Of a stretch of 48,708 bases of DNA, positions 1-9,557 are shown one piece after another. The stretch comes from Oscillospiraceae bacterium (GTDB taxonomy: Bacteria; Bacillota; Clostridia; HGM11514): assembly GCA_015068925.1 (NCBI GenBank), contig SVJP01000003.1:1-48708 (forward strand), given 5' to 3'. A program made the translations under genes and the position numbers. The notes under the pieces were generated by a model. The model was not told the DNA's origin and made no database searches. It saw nothing but the letters and a program-made list of their open reading frames with translations. Each line of letters starts with the position of its first letter. Positions within the stretch are counted from its first letter, which is position 1.

Positions 1-159
1 AAAAAATCATCCTTTCAAGTTTTCTTGGTTTATATATCCAATACTTGCCTGAAAGGATGTTTCTTATTCACTTTTACACAAAATTTTCGGCGGTCTCAAT
101 CAAAATCGCTGTTTGTGATGACTTGCATATATAAAATTTAACAAAAAATTCAATAAAGA

Positions 160-2550
160 TTACTTATATTTGTCTTTGTAGTAAGCAAGCATATCTTCCG
201 CTAAATATTCAAGAGCTAAACATGTAGCTGAAAGATATTTTTCATTCTGTTTTTGAACGGCATAATTGTTTGTTATTTTTGCAGCGAAAAACTCAGCCCA
301 TGCTTCCGAGTTTTGAGTTTTTTTAGCACTGCCACTTTCATCAAACCAGTACGAACTCATTGTGAAATTTTCTTTATTTCTTTTTCCTTTGGAATTGATG
401 GAGTAAACTTCCTTAATGCTGTTAACATTGATTGCGATTGATGCATACCATATTCTTGTTGTCCCACTAACATTTGAGCTTAATTCAAAATTTTCATAAG
501 TTTTAGTAGTGATCTCTTGACCATTTTTCAGGACAATAAGCAAATCTTTTGCATCTGTATTTGTTTTTACAGTCAAGTAAGCTGAATTATGCCCCCAACC
601 AGTATACACTTTATTATTTGTCATTCCACCATAAATATCACAAACCATTAAAGCATTTGCACCATTTCCAACAATTTCAGTTTTATCAAGCTCATCACTT
701 AACATTTTGCAAACACCGTAAGCTATTTCTCTTTTGTTATATTCCAAAATACCATCAAAAGTATCATCTAAACTAGAAGCTCCAATAATTGCTTTTGCAA
801 TTTCCTCTTGTTCTGTATATGATATATTTTTATTGTTTTGTTTTACGTATTTCTCCACGGTATTACGTACAACTTCAAGAACATCTGCATATATCCATTC
901 TTCTAACATTAAATCGTTCATTGTTGCACAGCTTGTGTTAAAATATAACAGAGCATTAACATCAATAGCATGACCTGTTTCGTGAAAGAAAACAGAGAAA
1001 TCCTTTGTCCAATTATTTGCCAAATGTACTTTGTCTCCGTTTATAGGATCAAATTCAAAGCCCATGATTGCATCAAATTGCGGACTATAATAACTTCCAC
1101 CGCTGCCTCCGTAAAAAGCATATTCATAATCTAAAAATGAGTATAAATATAAATCTCTGTATAATGTAGGAGCGGAATGTAATGTGTCAATAATTCTATC
1201 TTCATTGGTAATTAAATCTATTGATTGACTGAATTTTCTTTTTAGTGTATTGACAATAATTTCATTATTAATAGGGTTTTTTCCACTATTAACACATTGA
1301 TTTAAGGTTTTGAAATAGAGTTCTTGATTAATTTCAGTATCAAATTCTGCTTCTTTATATGAATTATACCCGCAAACACTACACGGATTTCCTGAACAAT
1401 TCTTTGTTGTTCCACTGCAATTTTTCACACAACTATGAGTACCATTGTTGTGATAATTGTTATCTCCGCTAATTTGTTCATATTTTGTTGTGGAGTAATA
1501 ATCATCATAATTAGTGTGTTGACAAACAGTTTCCTTCTTTACATAACCGCAGGATTTACATTTATCACCTGAAAAGCTATGTGCTTCTTTCTTGATTTCT
1601 CCTTTAACGTCTGTTTTTATGGTTTTACCGCAATCGTCACATTCTCTGTCATAATAATTTACAGCATTGTGATAATTGTTATCTCCGCTAATTTGTTCAT
1701 ATTTTGTTGTGGAGTAATAATCATCATAATTAGGATGCTGACAAACAGCTTCTTTCTTTACATAACCGCAGGATTTACATTTATCACCTGAAAAGCTATG
1801 TGCTTCTTTTTTTATGTCACCTTTGACATCAGATTTTATAGTTTTGTCACAATCCTCGCACACTCTTTCATAATAGCTGACTGCATTATGATAATTATTA
1901 TCATTACTTATCTGTTCGTATTTGGTATAGTCGTAATAGTCTTCATAATCGCTATGCGAGCAAGTTTTTTTGTAACCGCAAGCCTTACACTTGTCGCCTG
2001 AGAAATTATGCTTTTCTTTTTCAATGTTTCCTTTAACATTGGATTGGATTGTTTCATCACAATCCTCGCAAATTCTTTCATAATAATGAACAGCATTATG
2101 ATATGTATTGTCTCCGCTTATCTGTTCATATTTGCTGTAATCATAGTAATCTTCATAATCATCATGATCGCATTCTGCTGCCTTTGCTATAACTTCAATA
2201 GAATACTGAGATATTACATCATCGTGACTGCTCCCACAAGCACCAACCCAAATTTTATATCTATGACCGGGCTTGATATCATCCTCGTCACACTCATATT
2301 TTGTTTTAGTAAGTTTGTCATCCCACCAAATATCAGCAGCATAGCTACCATCATTTAAACTCTTGACTGCAAGGCGATAACGCTTTGCACCTGATACAGA
2401 GTTCCATTTGATGTAAAAATCATCTGCGGCATAAGTTTTTCCGTTTTTGTGAGAGGTGATAGTAGGTTCATTTGCCGCCATTACTGCCAGATTGAATACA
2501 GGCAAAAGCATTGCTATAACTAATAATAAACTTAAAATTATTCTTTTCAA
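160..2550 (-). CDS. Secreted protein with Cys/His-rich tandem repeats and C-terminal HEXXH zinc-metallopeptidase-like domain
   Basis: 796-aa ORF with TTG start after GAAAGGAA. N-terminal signal peptide MKRIILSLLLVIAMLLPVFNLAVMAA; about 3.4 repeats of 70-73 aa; FFHETGH motif and downstream NSEAWAEFFA. Confidence 0.75.
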   Translation of the reverse strand: MKRIILSLLLVIAMLLPVFNLAVMAANEPTITSHKNGKTYAADDFYIKWNSVSGAKRYRLAVKSLNDGSYAADIWWDDKLTKTKYECDEDDIKPGHRYKIWVGACGSSHDDVISQYSIEVIAKAAECDHDDYEDYYDYSKYEQISGDNTYHNAVHYYERICEDCDETIQSNVKGNIEKEKHNFSGDKCKACGYKKTCSHSDYEDYYDYTKYEQISNDNNYHNAVSYYERVCEDCDKTIKSDVKGDIKKEAHSFSGDKCKSCGYVKKEAVCQHPNYDDYYSTTKYEQISGDNNYHNAVNYYDRECDDCGKTIKTDVKGEIKKEAHSFSGDKCKSCGYVKKETVCQHTNYDDYYSTTKYEQISGDNNYHNNGTHSCVKNCSGTTKNCSGNPCSVCGYNSYKEAEFDTEINQELYFKTLNQCVNSGKNPINNEIIVNTLKRKFSQSIDLITNEDRIIDTLHSAPTLYRDLYLYSFLDYEYAFYGGSGGSYYSPQFDAIMGFEFDPINGDKVHLANNWTKDFSVFFHETGHAIDVNALLYFNTSCATMNDLMLEEWIYADVLEVVRNTVEKYVKQNNKNISYTEQEEIAKAIIGASSLDDTFDGILEYNKREIAYGVCKMLSDELDKTEIVGNGANALMVCDIYGGMTNNKVYTGWGHNSAYLTVKTNTDAKDLLIVLKNGQEITTKTYENFELSSNVSGTTRIWYASIAINVNSIKEVYSINSKGKRNKENFTMSSYWFDESGSAKKTQNSEAWAEFFAAKITNNYAVQKQNEKYLSATCLALEYLAEDMLAYYKDKYK
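1448..2172 (-). repeat. Intragenic tandem repeat, 210-219 bp unit (70-73 aa)
   Basis: TTGTGATAATTGTTATCTCCGCTAATTTGTTCATATTTTGTTGTGGAGTAATAATCATCATAATTAG occurs at 1448 and 1667 (period 219). Peptide unit CxHxxYxDYY..KYEQIS.D..YHNAV.YY.R.C.DC...H.FSGDKCK.CGY. Confidence 0.9.
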
Positions 2551-2778
2551 TTTTATTCAATTCCTTTCATAATTATAATTTCATTTAATTTGATGGTTTA
2601 TTGTATTCTATGCGCTGTTAAACATTTTGTAACCCCTTTCTCATGTTAATAAAATTACAATAAAATATCATCCAAATAAAGGAATGGTTTAAAATCAATA
2701 ACAGTATAACAATCATAAACATATCGCCATCTTTTTATCTTTTAAAAATAAAATATGAGCAATCAATAGCTCAAATTT

Positions 2779-2820
2779 ATTATAACACATATGTATTCAT
2801 TTGTCAACATATGTGTTCAT
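2779..2820 (-). promoter_or_regulatory. Sigma-A promoter for the secreted-protein gene, overlapped by two ACATATGT palindromes (candidate XRE operator)
   Basis: Minus strand TTGACA (2807-2802)-17 bp-TATAAT (2784-2779). ACATATGT at 2787-2794 and 2807-2814, forming the inverted repeat AACACATATGT...ACATATGTGTT. Confidence 0.7.
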
Positions 2821-2864
2821 TTTAACATGAAAAATAGCTTATACTATTCATGGGAGGTGAAATT

Positions 2865-3098
2865 ATGTACATTTCAACACTGGATTCTTTAAAAGTTGGA
2901 AAGACTGTGGTATATTTCAGAAAAAGAAAAGGAATTTCACAAGAAGTCCTAAGCGGATTAGCCGATATCGGAAGAAGTCATTTAAGTGCAATAGAACGAG
3001 GAGAACGCAAACCGACATTAGAAACCCTTTATCGAATTTGCAATGCCCTTGATATTAAAATGAGTACTTTTATTATTAAATTAGAAGAATTGCTATAA
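2865..3098 (+). CDS. XRE/Cro-C1 family HTH transcriptional regulator
   Basis: GGGAGGTGA RBS before ATG at 2865; RKRKGISQEVLSGLADIGRSHLSAIERGERKPTLETL is a typical HTH_3 motif. Confidence 0.9.
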   Translation: MYISTLDSLKVGKTVVYFRKRKGISQEVLSGLADIGRSHLSAIERGERKPTLETLYRICNALDIKMSTFIIKLEELL

Positions 3099-3099
3099 T

Positions 3100-3140
3100 A
3101 AAAAAGTCATAACCACATAAAACCCATGGTTATGACTTCT
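3100..3140. terminator. Intrinsic terminator between convergent genes
   Basis: AAGTCATAACCA / TGGTTATGACTT perfect 12-bp inverted repeat with an A-tract on the left. Confidence 0.75.
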
Positions 3141-3142
3141 AT

Positions 3143-3919
3143 TTATCCTATTTCTTTTTCCAACTCTTCTATCAAATGCTCAATGGCATATTGGTCTGCT
3201 CTTTTGACAATCATATCTGCCACTTTTTTGACAGAATCAATGGCATTTCGGGGTGCCACGCCCATATCAGCATGCATTAAAAGGGGAATATCGTTTTCAT
3301 AATCACCAATTCCCACGGCAGTATGAATGGTTCCGAGATGCTCTTTTAAAAAATCCAATGCTTGTCCCTTTGTGGCAAGGGAAGAATTAAATTCCACTCC
3401 CACCGGCCAGGATTTTAAGATACTGCAATCGGCAAAAAAGGGACGTCTTTTCATTTGTTTTTGAAATGCATCTGCCACCGTTTTCTCTTCAAAGATACAA
3501 ACAATTTTTAACATCTTTTTGCATAACAGTTTGGCAGGAATGTTTGAGAAATCCTCAACAATCATACTTTCCTTTGTTTCGCTGAAAAACAACGCCATTC
3601 CTTTGATGATCTCTTTCATATCAGACAGTTCTGAAAGAAAGTCTTGCAAAGAAAAGGGAACCCGCACCTTCCGAAGCACTTGTTTTTGTTGATAATCATA
3701 AACCACCGCTCCGTTACAAAGGCAGGCGGGAGCATTTATCACGGAAAAAAATTCAGGATTACGAAGATATGCCACCGATCTTCCCGTTGCAAAGGTGAAT
3801 GTTCCACCGTTCTCAATAAAATACCGTACTGCTTCGCCATTTCTTTTCACGGTATCTTCTCCGCCCCGAAAGGTTCCGTCCAAATCGGAGCATATCAGAA
3901 ATCCATCAAATTTCCCCAT
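3143..3919 (-). CDS. Cof-type HAD-IIB hydrolase
   Basis: DLDGT motif I, ATGR motif II, KG and GDYEND motifs. Confidence 0.9.
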   Translation of the reverse strand: MGKFDGFLICSDLDGTFRGGEDTVKRNGEAVRYFIENGGTFTFATGRSVAYLRNPEFFSVINAPACLCNGAVVYDYQQKQVLRKVRVPFSLQDFLSELSDMKEIIKGMALFFSETKESMIVEDFSNIPAKLLCKKMLKIVCIFEEKTVADAFQKQMKRRPFFADCSILKSWPVGVEFNSSLATKGQALDFLKEHLGTIHTAVGIGDYENDIPLLMHADMGVAPRNAIDSVKKVADMIVKRADQYAIEHLIEELEKEIG

Positions 3920-3934
3920 TTCTCTATCCTTTCT

Positions 3935-6109
3935 TTACAAGAAACTAATTTGTTCCTCTACACTGTCGCCTTTTCTCAAAAAACAACCTACTGCAGGAAT
4001 ATTTTTGGTTTTATAATACTGCAAATCCTTCAGCTTCAGACTTTCTGCAGGGCAAAGGTCGGTTAAGATACTGCCCTTTTTGGACAGTAATACAGACACA
4101 CCCTGAGAATCTCTGGTGCTTTTTTGGGAGACTGACGCTGTGTTAAACACCAAAATCTTACCCGTATCGCTCATTGCCGCCAAATCCATTTCTTCCGTAA
4201 AGTCAATCATTTTCACTAAAGGAGAGGCACCGGAATAGGCATTGGTCAACCGTTTCCGATTGGTTTTGGTTTCATAAGATTTCAACGGCACTCTTGCCAT
4301 TTTTCCTGATTGGAATGCAAACAACACAAAGCCGCTGTAATCCTCGGTCACTACCATATCAATAACCCGTTCACCATCCTCCATTTGCAGTAAATTAGGC
4401 AAAAATTCTCCCAAATTACTTGCTTTTCCGTCAGGCAAATCACTAATTTTGGATTTGTACACATTCTGGCGGTCAGTAAAGAACAAGATTTCTGCCCGAT
4501 TAAAGGTTTCGATCACACGGGTTACCTTATCATCCTCTTTCAGCTTTTGTTCTCCGCTGGTCCGCAGAGCAACCAAACTAATCTTTTTAAAGTAGCTTTC
4601 CTTTGTCAGGAATACCTTCAATGCATAATCATCAATCACTTCTTCCGGTTCAAACTCTTCTACATCGTCTTCGGTGATAAGCTCCGTTTTTCTTGGCTGA
4701 CCGTATTTTTTTGCAATCTCCGTCAGCTGATTGATAATCAATTCGTTGATTTTTTCCTGAGACCCTAAGGTTTCTTCCATATCTGCAATTTGCTTTTCCA
4801 AATCTTCTGTTTCATTGGTTCGCTTTAAAATATATTCACGGTTTAAGTTTCTCAGCTTGATTTCCGCAATATATTCTGCCTGAATCTGGTCAATGGAAAA
4901 GCCTTTCATCAAGTTAGGAACAACATCCCGTTCCGCTTCTGTATTACGGATAATGGCAATCGCTTTGTCAATATCAAGAAGCAACTCCCGCAAACCGTAC
5001 AGCAAATGAAGCTTTTCTTTCATTTTCTGGATGTCGTAATACAAACCACGCTTGATACAATCCACACGAAATGCGGTCCATTCCTCTAAAATTTCCCCGA
5101 TTCCGCATACTTTGGGTGTATTTCCAATTAAAATATTAAAGTTACAGGGGAAGCTGTCTTCCAAAGGAGTTAATTTATAAAGCTTAGTCATCAATGCATC
5201 TGCATCTGTTCCGCGTTTGACATCAATGGTAATTTTTAATCCCTTTAAATCTGTTTCGTCACGAATATCTGAAATTTCCTTGCACTTATTTTGTTTAACC
5301 AGCTCCGCAACCTTATCAATAATCGCTTCTAATGTGGTAGTATAAGGAATTTCTGTGATTTCAATACAATGATTTTTCTTATCATAATGATATTTTGCCC
5401 GTACTTTAAAGCTACCGCGACCTGTTTTATAAATTTTCTCCATTTCTTCCGGCTTGTAAATCAACAAGCCACCGGTAGAAAAGTCAGGTGCTTTCAGAGT
5501 TTTACTGATTTTATGCTTGGGATTTTTAATCAATGCAACGGTGGTTTTACAAACCTCTGCCAGATTAAAGCTGCAAATATTACTTGCCATTCCAACTGCA
5601 ATCCCCAAATTGGGATTGACGATAATATTGGGAAATGTGACAGGGAATAGGGTGGGTTCCTTCTTGGTTCCGTCGAAGTTATCCACAAAATCCACCGTAT
5701 CTTTATCAATATCCGAGAATAACTCTGCTGCGAATTTTTCTAATTTTGCTTCTGTATAACGAGGTGCAGCAAATGCCATATCACGGGAATACTGTTTCCC
5801 GAAATTTCCCTTAGAATCAATAAAGGGATGCAACAATGCTCCATTGTCACGGGTCAGACGAACCAAGGTCTGATAAATGGTCTGGTCACCGTGAGGATTT
5901 AATTGCATGGTCTGACCTACAATGTTCGAGGATTTTGTTCTGTCCCCATTGAGCAGCTTCATCAGATACATGGTGTACAACAATTTTCTGTGAGAAGGCT
6001 TAAATCCATCGATTTCCGGAATAGCACGGGAGATGATAACGCTCATGGCATAGGGCATATAGTTTTCTGTTAATGTTTTTGATATTTCTTGCTCTGTATA
6101 AAGATTCAT
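3935..6109 (-). CDS. parC: Type IIA topoisomerase subunit A, topoisomerase IV-like
   Basis: SRAIPEIDGFKP, PHGD and AAPRYTEA (catalytic Tyr). 724 aa with no GyrA-box, unlike the gyrA at 24542. Confidence 0.8.
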   Translation of the reverse strand: MNLYTEQEISKTLTENYMPYAMSVIISRAIPEIDGFKPSHRKLLYTMYLMKLLNGDRTKSSNIVGQTMQLNPHGDQTIYQTLVRLTRDNGALLHPFIDSKGNFGKQYSRDMAFAAPRYTEAKLEKFAAELFSDIDKDTVDFVDNFDGTKKEPTLFPVTFPNIIVNPNLGIAVGMASNICSFNLAEVCKTTVALIKNPKHKISKTLKAPDFSTGGLLIYKPEEMEKIYKTGRGSFKVRAKYHYDKKNHCIEITEIPYTTTLEAIIDKVAELVKQNKCKEISDIRDETDLKGLKITIDVKRGTDADALMTKLYKLTPLEDSFPCNFNILIGNTPKVCGIGEILEEWTAFRVDCIKRGLYYDIQKMKEKLHLLYGLRELLLDIDKAIAIIRNTEAERDVVPNLMKGFSIDQIQAEYIAEIKLRNLNREYILKRTNETEDLEKQIADMEETLGSQEKINELIINQLTEIAKKYGQPRKTELITEDDVEEFEPEEVIDDYALKVFLTKESYFKKISLVALRTSGEQKLKEDDKVTRVIETFNRAEILFFTDRQNVYKSKISDLPDGKASNLGEFLPNLLQMEDGERVIDMVVTEDYSGFVLFAFQSGKMARVPLKSYETKTNRKRLTNAYSGASPLVKMIDFTEEMDLAAMSDTGKILVFNTASVSQKSTRDSQGVSVLLSKKGSILTDLCPAESLKLKDLQYYKTKNIPAVGCFLRKGDSVEEQISFL

Positions 6110-6121
6110 TCTTCTCCCTCC

Positions 6122-8107
6122 TTAACTCACATCTGTATAATCAATGTATAAATATCCATCGCTTTCGATGAAATCCTTTCTGCCTTGCAGATTATCACCA
6201 AGCAATAAATCAAACATTTCCTTGGTCTTTTCTTCATCCTCTGGCATGACACGAATCAGCTTTCTGGTTTCAGGATTCATGGTGGTTTCCCACATCATTT
6301 CTGCGGAGTTTTCACCCAATCCTTTCGAACGCATAATCTTTATTTTTTCCCCTTCCAAACTTGCCACCATTTGATCTTTTTCTTTATCGGTGTAGGCAAA
6401 CAAACTACCTTTCTTTGTCTGAATTTCATACAGGGGAGACTCTGCAATAAATACATATCCCTGTTCAATCAAAGTAGGCATCAGGGTATAAAACATGGTC
6501 AGAATTAGGGTTCTGATTTGGTATCCGTCCACATCTGCATCAGTACAGATGATAATTTTTTGATACCGAAGGTTTTCCAACGAAAAACCGCTTAAATCTT
6601 TATTATGCTTAGATTTCAGTTCTACACCGCAACCCAAAACTTTAATCAAATCCACGATTACTTCACTTTTAAATATTTTTTCATAGCCCGCTTTCAAGCA
6701 ATTTAAAATCTTACCGCGAACGGGCATAATCGCCTGAAAATTCGCATCTCTGCCCATTTTAACAGAACCCAATGCAGAATCACCTTCCACGATATAAAGC
6801 TCGCGTAAGGATGCATCACGACTTCTGCAATCCACAAATTTTTGCACACGATTGGAAATATCAATGGTACCTGACAGCTTCTTTTTCAGATTCAATTTGG
6901 TTTTTTCTGCATTTTCACGGCTTCGCTTATTTACCAAAATCTGGTTGGAGATTTTCTCTGCATCTGTTTTATTTTCTATTAAATAGATTTCTAACTGGCT
7001 TTTGAGAAAGTCGGTCATGGCTTCCTGAATAAATTTGTTGGTAATGGATTTTTTGGTCTGATTTTCATAGCTGGTTTCCGTAGAAAAACTGCTACTCACA
7101 AAAAGCAAGCTATCTTCCACATCAACAAATGTAATTTTACTCTCATTTTTTGTATATTTATTATTCTGTCTTAAATACTGATCCAATACCGAAACAAAAG
7201 CACTTTTTGTTGCTTTTTCAACAGAACCGCCATGTTCTAACCAACTGGAGTTGTGATAATACTCAATAAAATTGTTCTCATTATTAAAACAAAAGGCAAC
7301 ATTGAGCATGACCTTATATTCCTGTTTATCCTCACGGTCACGCCCTTTTCGCTCCGCCTGATAAAAGACAGGGGCTGTCATTTCCTTATGATTGGACAAT
7401 TCTTTGACATATCCCAAAATTCCCTCGGGATAGCAAAATTCATAAGTTTCAAACTGGTTTCTTTCAACCTCATCCTTTAACACCAAGGTTAGACCTGCAT
7501 TGACAACCGCCTGTTTCTTCATGGTTGACAAATAATAATCCAAAGGAATATCAATATCGGTAAACACCTCTAAATCGGGCTTCCAATGAATCACAGATCC
7601 TGTATGACGGTGACGGAACTTTTCTTTTACCAATCCGTCAATATTTTCACCCTTCTCAAAATGCAATTGATATTTATGACCTTCTCTGCAAACGGTAACA
7701 TCCATATATTCAGAAGAATACTGAGTTGCACAGCTTCCTAACCCATTCAGCCCAAGGCTGAACTCATAACTGTCTGACTCGCCACGAGAATATTTTCCAC
7801 CGGCATAAAGTTCACAAAATACCAGTTCCCAGTTATATCGTTCTTCCTTTTCATTATAATCCAAGGGGATCCCCCGACCATAGTCTTCCACAGTAATCGA
7901 CTTATCCAAAAACCGCGTCACTTCAATTCGATCACCAAAACCTTCTCTTGCTTCGTCAATGGAGTTGGATAATATTTCAAAAAAGGAATGACAACAACCT
8001 TCGATTCCATCTGACCCAAAAATAACCCCGGGACGAAGTCGAACACGATCTGCACCTTTGAGCATTGTAATACTTTGTTCATTATATTCTTGCTTCTTTT
8101 TCGCCAC
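6122..8107 (-). CDS. parE: Type IIA topoisomerase subunit B, topoisomerase IV-like
   Basis: GHKL motifs (EILSNSIDE, DYGRGIP, GLNGLG); TOPRIM EGDSA, PVRGK, DADVDG; KGLGE. GTG start after AGAGGTGA. Confidence 0.8.
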   Translation of the reverse strand: MAKKKQEYNEQSITMLKGADRVRLRPGVIFGSDGIEGCCHSFFEILSNSIDEAREGFGDRIEVTRFLDKSITVEDYGRGIPLDYNEKEERYNWELVFCELYAGGKYSRGESDSYEFSLGLNGLGSCATQYSSEYMDVTVCREGHKYQLHFEKGENIDGLVKEKFRHRHTGSVIHWKPDLEVFTDIDIPLDYYLSTMKKQAVVNAGLTLVLKDEVERNQFETYEFCYPEGILGYVKELSNHKEMTAPVFYQAERKGRDREDKQEYKVMLNVAFCFNNENNFIEYYHNSSWLEHGGSVEKATKSAFVSVLDQYLRQNNKYTKNESKITFVDVEDSLLFVSSSFSTETSYENQTKKSITNKFIQEAMTDFLKSQLEIYLIENKTDAEKISNQILVNKRSRENAEKTKLNLKKKLSGTIDISNRVQKFVDCRSRDASLRELYIVEGDSALGSVKMGRDANFQAIMPVRGKILNCLKAGYEKIFKSEVIVDLIKVLGCGVELKSKHNKDLSGFSLENLRYQKIIICTDADVDGYQIRTLILTMFYTLMPTLIEQGYVFIAESPLYEIQTKKGSLFAYTDKEKDQMVASLEGEKIKIMRSKGLGENSAEMMWETTMNPETRKLIRVMPEDEEKTKEMFDLLLGDNLQGRKDFIESDGYLYIDYTDVS

Positions 8108-8148
8108 GTTTTCACCTCTATCTTTTTCTCTTTATTAAAACGGGAAAA

Positions 8149-8169
8149 GGAAACCTATTATAGGTTTCC
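8149..8169 (-). terminator. Possible terminator or operator hairpin upstream of parE
   Basis: GGAAACCTA-TTA-TAGGTTTCC, followed on the minus strand by TTTTCCCGTTTT. Confidence 0.4.
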
Positions 8170-8178
8170 CAATTCATA

Positions 8179-8646
8179 TTAGGTTAAATCGCCTTTTATA
8201 ATGTTAAATTGATCCATTTCTTCCTCTGGAATTAATGTTTCATCAATTTTTTCGAGCAATGTTACGCAAGACTCTTTATCCTCTGCAACATATGCCTCTT
8301 TTAATTTTTGTAATAATTCATAATTTTCTTGAAAAGACGGATTTTCTTTTTGCAAAAAACTTACTTCTTCTTTTAAGGTTTCAATTTCTTCCTTTAAAAT
8401 TTTATTTTCTTCTTTTAATGCATCATTTTGTTCAGAAATATCTTTTGCTGTTTCCTTAATTCCTTTAGAATATTTTTTTGCTTCTGTCAATTGCTCGCTA
8501 ATTGCTGCATTTTCATTTTTCAATTTTTCCTGGCTCATTGAAGAAAACACAATCATTACCACAAGCAAAACAGCAAAAACTACAACATATAGCCAAAAAA
8601 ACTTATGCGCATTACTCTGCATTACTTTTGCTTTCTCTTCAGGCAA
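8179..8646 (-). CDS. Membrane-anchored coiled-coil hypothetical protein
   Basis: AGAGGAGGA RBS with TTG start; one hydrophobic helix FFWLYVVVFAVLLVVMIVF followed by an E/K-rich heptad region. Confidence 0.75.
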   Translation of the reverse strand: MPEEKAKVMQSNAHKFFWLYVVVFAVLLVVMIVFSSMSQEKLKNENAAISEQLTEAKKYSKGIKETAKDISEQNDALKEENKILKEEIETLKEEVSFLQKENPSFQENYELLQKLKEAYVAEDKESCVTLLEKIDETLIPEEEMDQFNIIKGDLT

Positions 8647-8667
8647 AAGGATTCCTCCTCTCTAAAA

Positions 8668-8683
8668 TGTTTCACGTGAAACA
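8668..8683. promoter_or_regulatory. parS centromere-like site
   Basis: TGTTTCACGTGAAACA perfect consensus immediately downstream of parB. Confidence 0.95.
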
Positions 8684-8686
8684 TTT

Positions 8687-9547
8687 TTATCGTTTAATTA
8701 ATTCTATGACACGTTCTAATTCATCCATATCGTAGTATTCAATTTCTATTTTTCCTTTATTCTTTCCTGAAACAACCTTTACTTTTGTACCAAGATATGA
8801 CTGCAAATCAGTTTGAATTCCCTTCAATTGGGCTTTCAAATTTAAATCAACAGGAACTTTTTCTACTTCGGGTTGAGGTTGATCTAATTGAGCAATCAAT
8901 TTCTCAATCTGCCTTACACTTAAATCCTCGGCTATCACCTTTTGTGCTAAATCTGTTTGCAATTCAGGGTCATTAATTCCGGAAATTGCACGAGCATGTC
9001 CGCTGGAAATTTCACCGTATATGACCATATCTTGCACATTTTCCGGTAAATTCAACAATCTTAATGCATTTGCAACGGCAGGACGGCTTTTTCCAACCTT
9101 TTCAGCGACCTGTTGCTGAGTGAGGGAAAACTCGTCCATCAAGGTTTTATAGCCCCTGGCTTCTTCTATTCCATTTAAATCCTCACGTTGAAGATTTTCG
9201 ACCAATGCAATTTCTGCACTTTGTTCACGGGAATACGTTCTTACCACTGCAGGAACTGTAGGTAATCCTGCAAGCTTTGCAGCTCTCCATCTTCTTTCCC
9301 CTGCAATAATCCGATAAAATCCATCTGATTGCTCCGTTACAATCAAAGGTTGAATCACTCCATGGATTTTAATAGAATTGGCTAACAAATCTAACTTTTC
9401 CTGGTCAAAATCTTTTCTGGGTTGCTCAGGATCCGGTTCAATCTGAGTGATTTTAATTTCGGCAACACCGGATTTTTCTTCGTTTTCTATGGAAAAATCC
9501 TCAGAAATCAATGCACTGAGGCCTTTTCCTAAGCCTTTTTTTGCCAT
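8687..9547 (-). CDS. parB: Chromosome partitioning protein ParB/Spo0J
   Basis: MAKKGLGKGLSALI N-terminus, QPRK, GERRWRA, ENLQREDL, HTH. Confidence 0.95.
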   Translation of the reverse strand: MAKKGLGKGLSALISEDFSIENEEKSGVAEIKITQIEPDPEQPRKDFDQEKLDLLANSIKIHGVIQPLIVTEQSDGFYRIIAGERRWRAAKLAGLPTVPAVVRTYSREQSAEIALVENLQREDLNGIEEARGYKTLMDEFSLTQQQVAEKVGKSRPAVANALRLLNLPENVQDMVIYGEISSGHARAISGINDPELQTDLAQKVIAEDLSVRQIEKLIAQLDQPQPEVEKVPVDLNLKAQLKGIQTDLQSYLGTKVKVVSGKNKGKIEIEYYDMDELERVIELIKR

Positions 9548-9557
9548 AAAATCTCTC

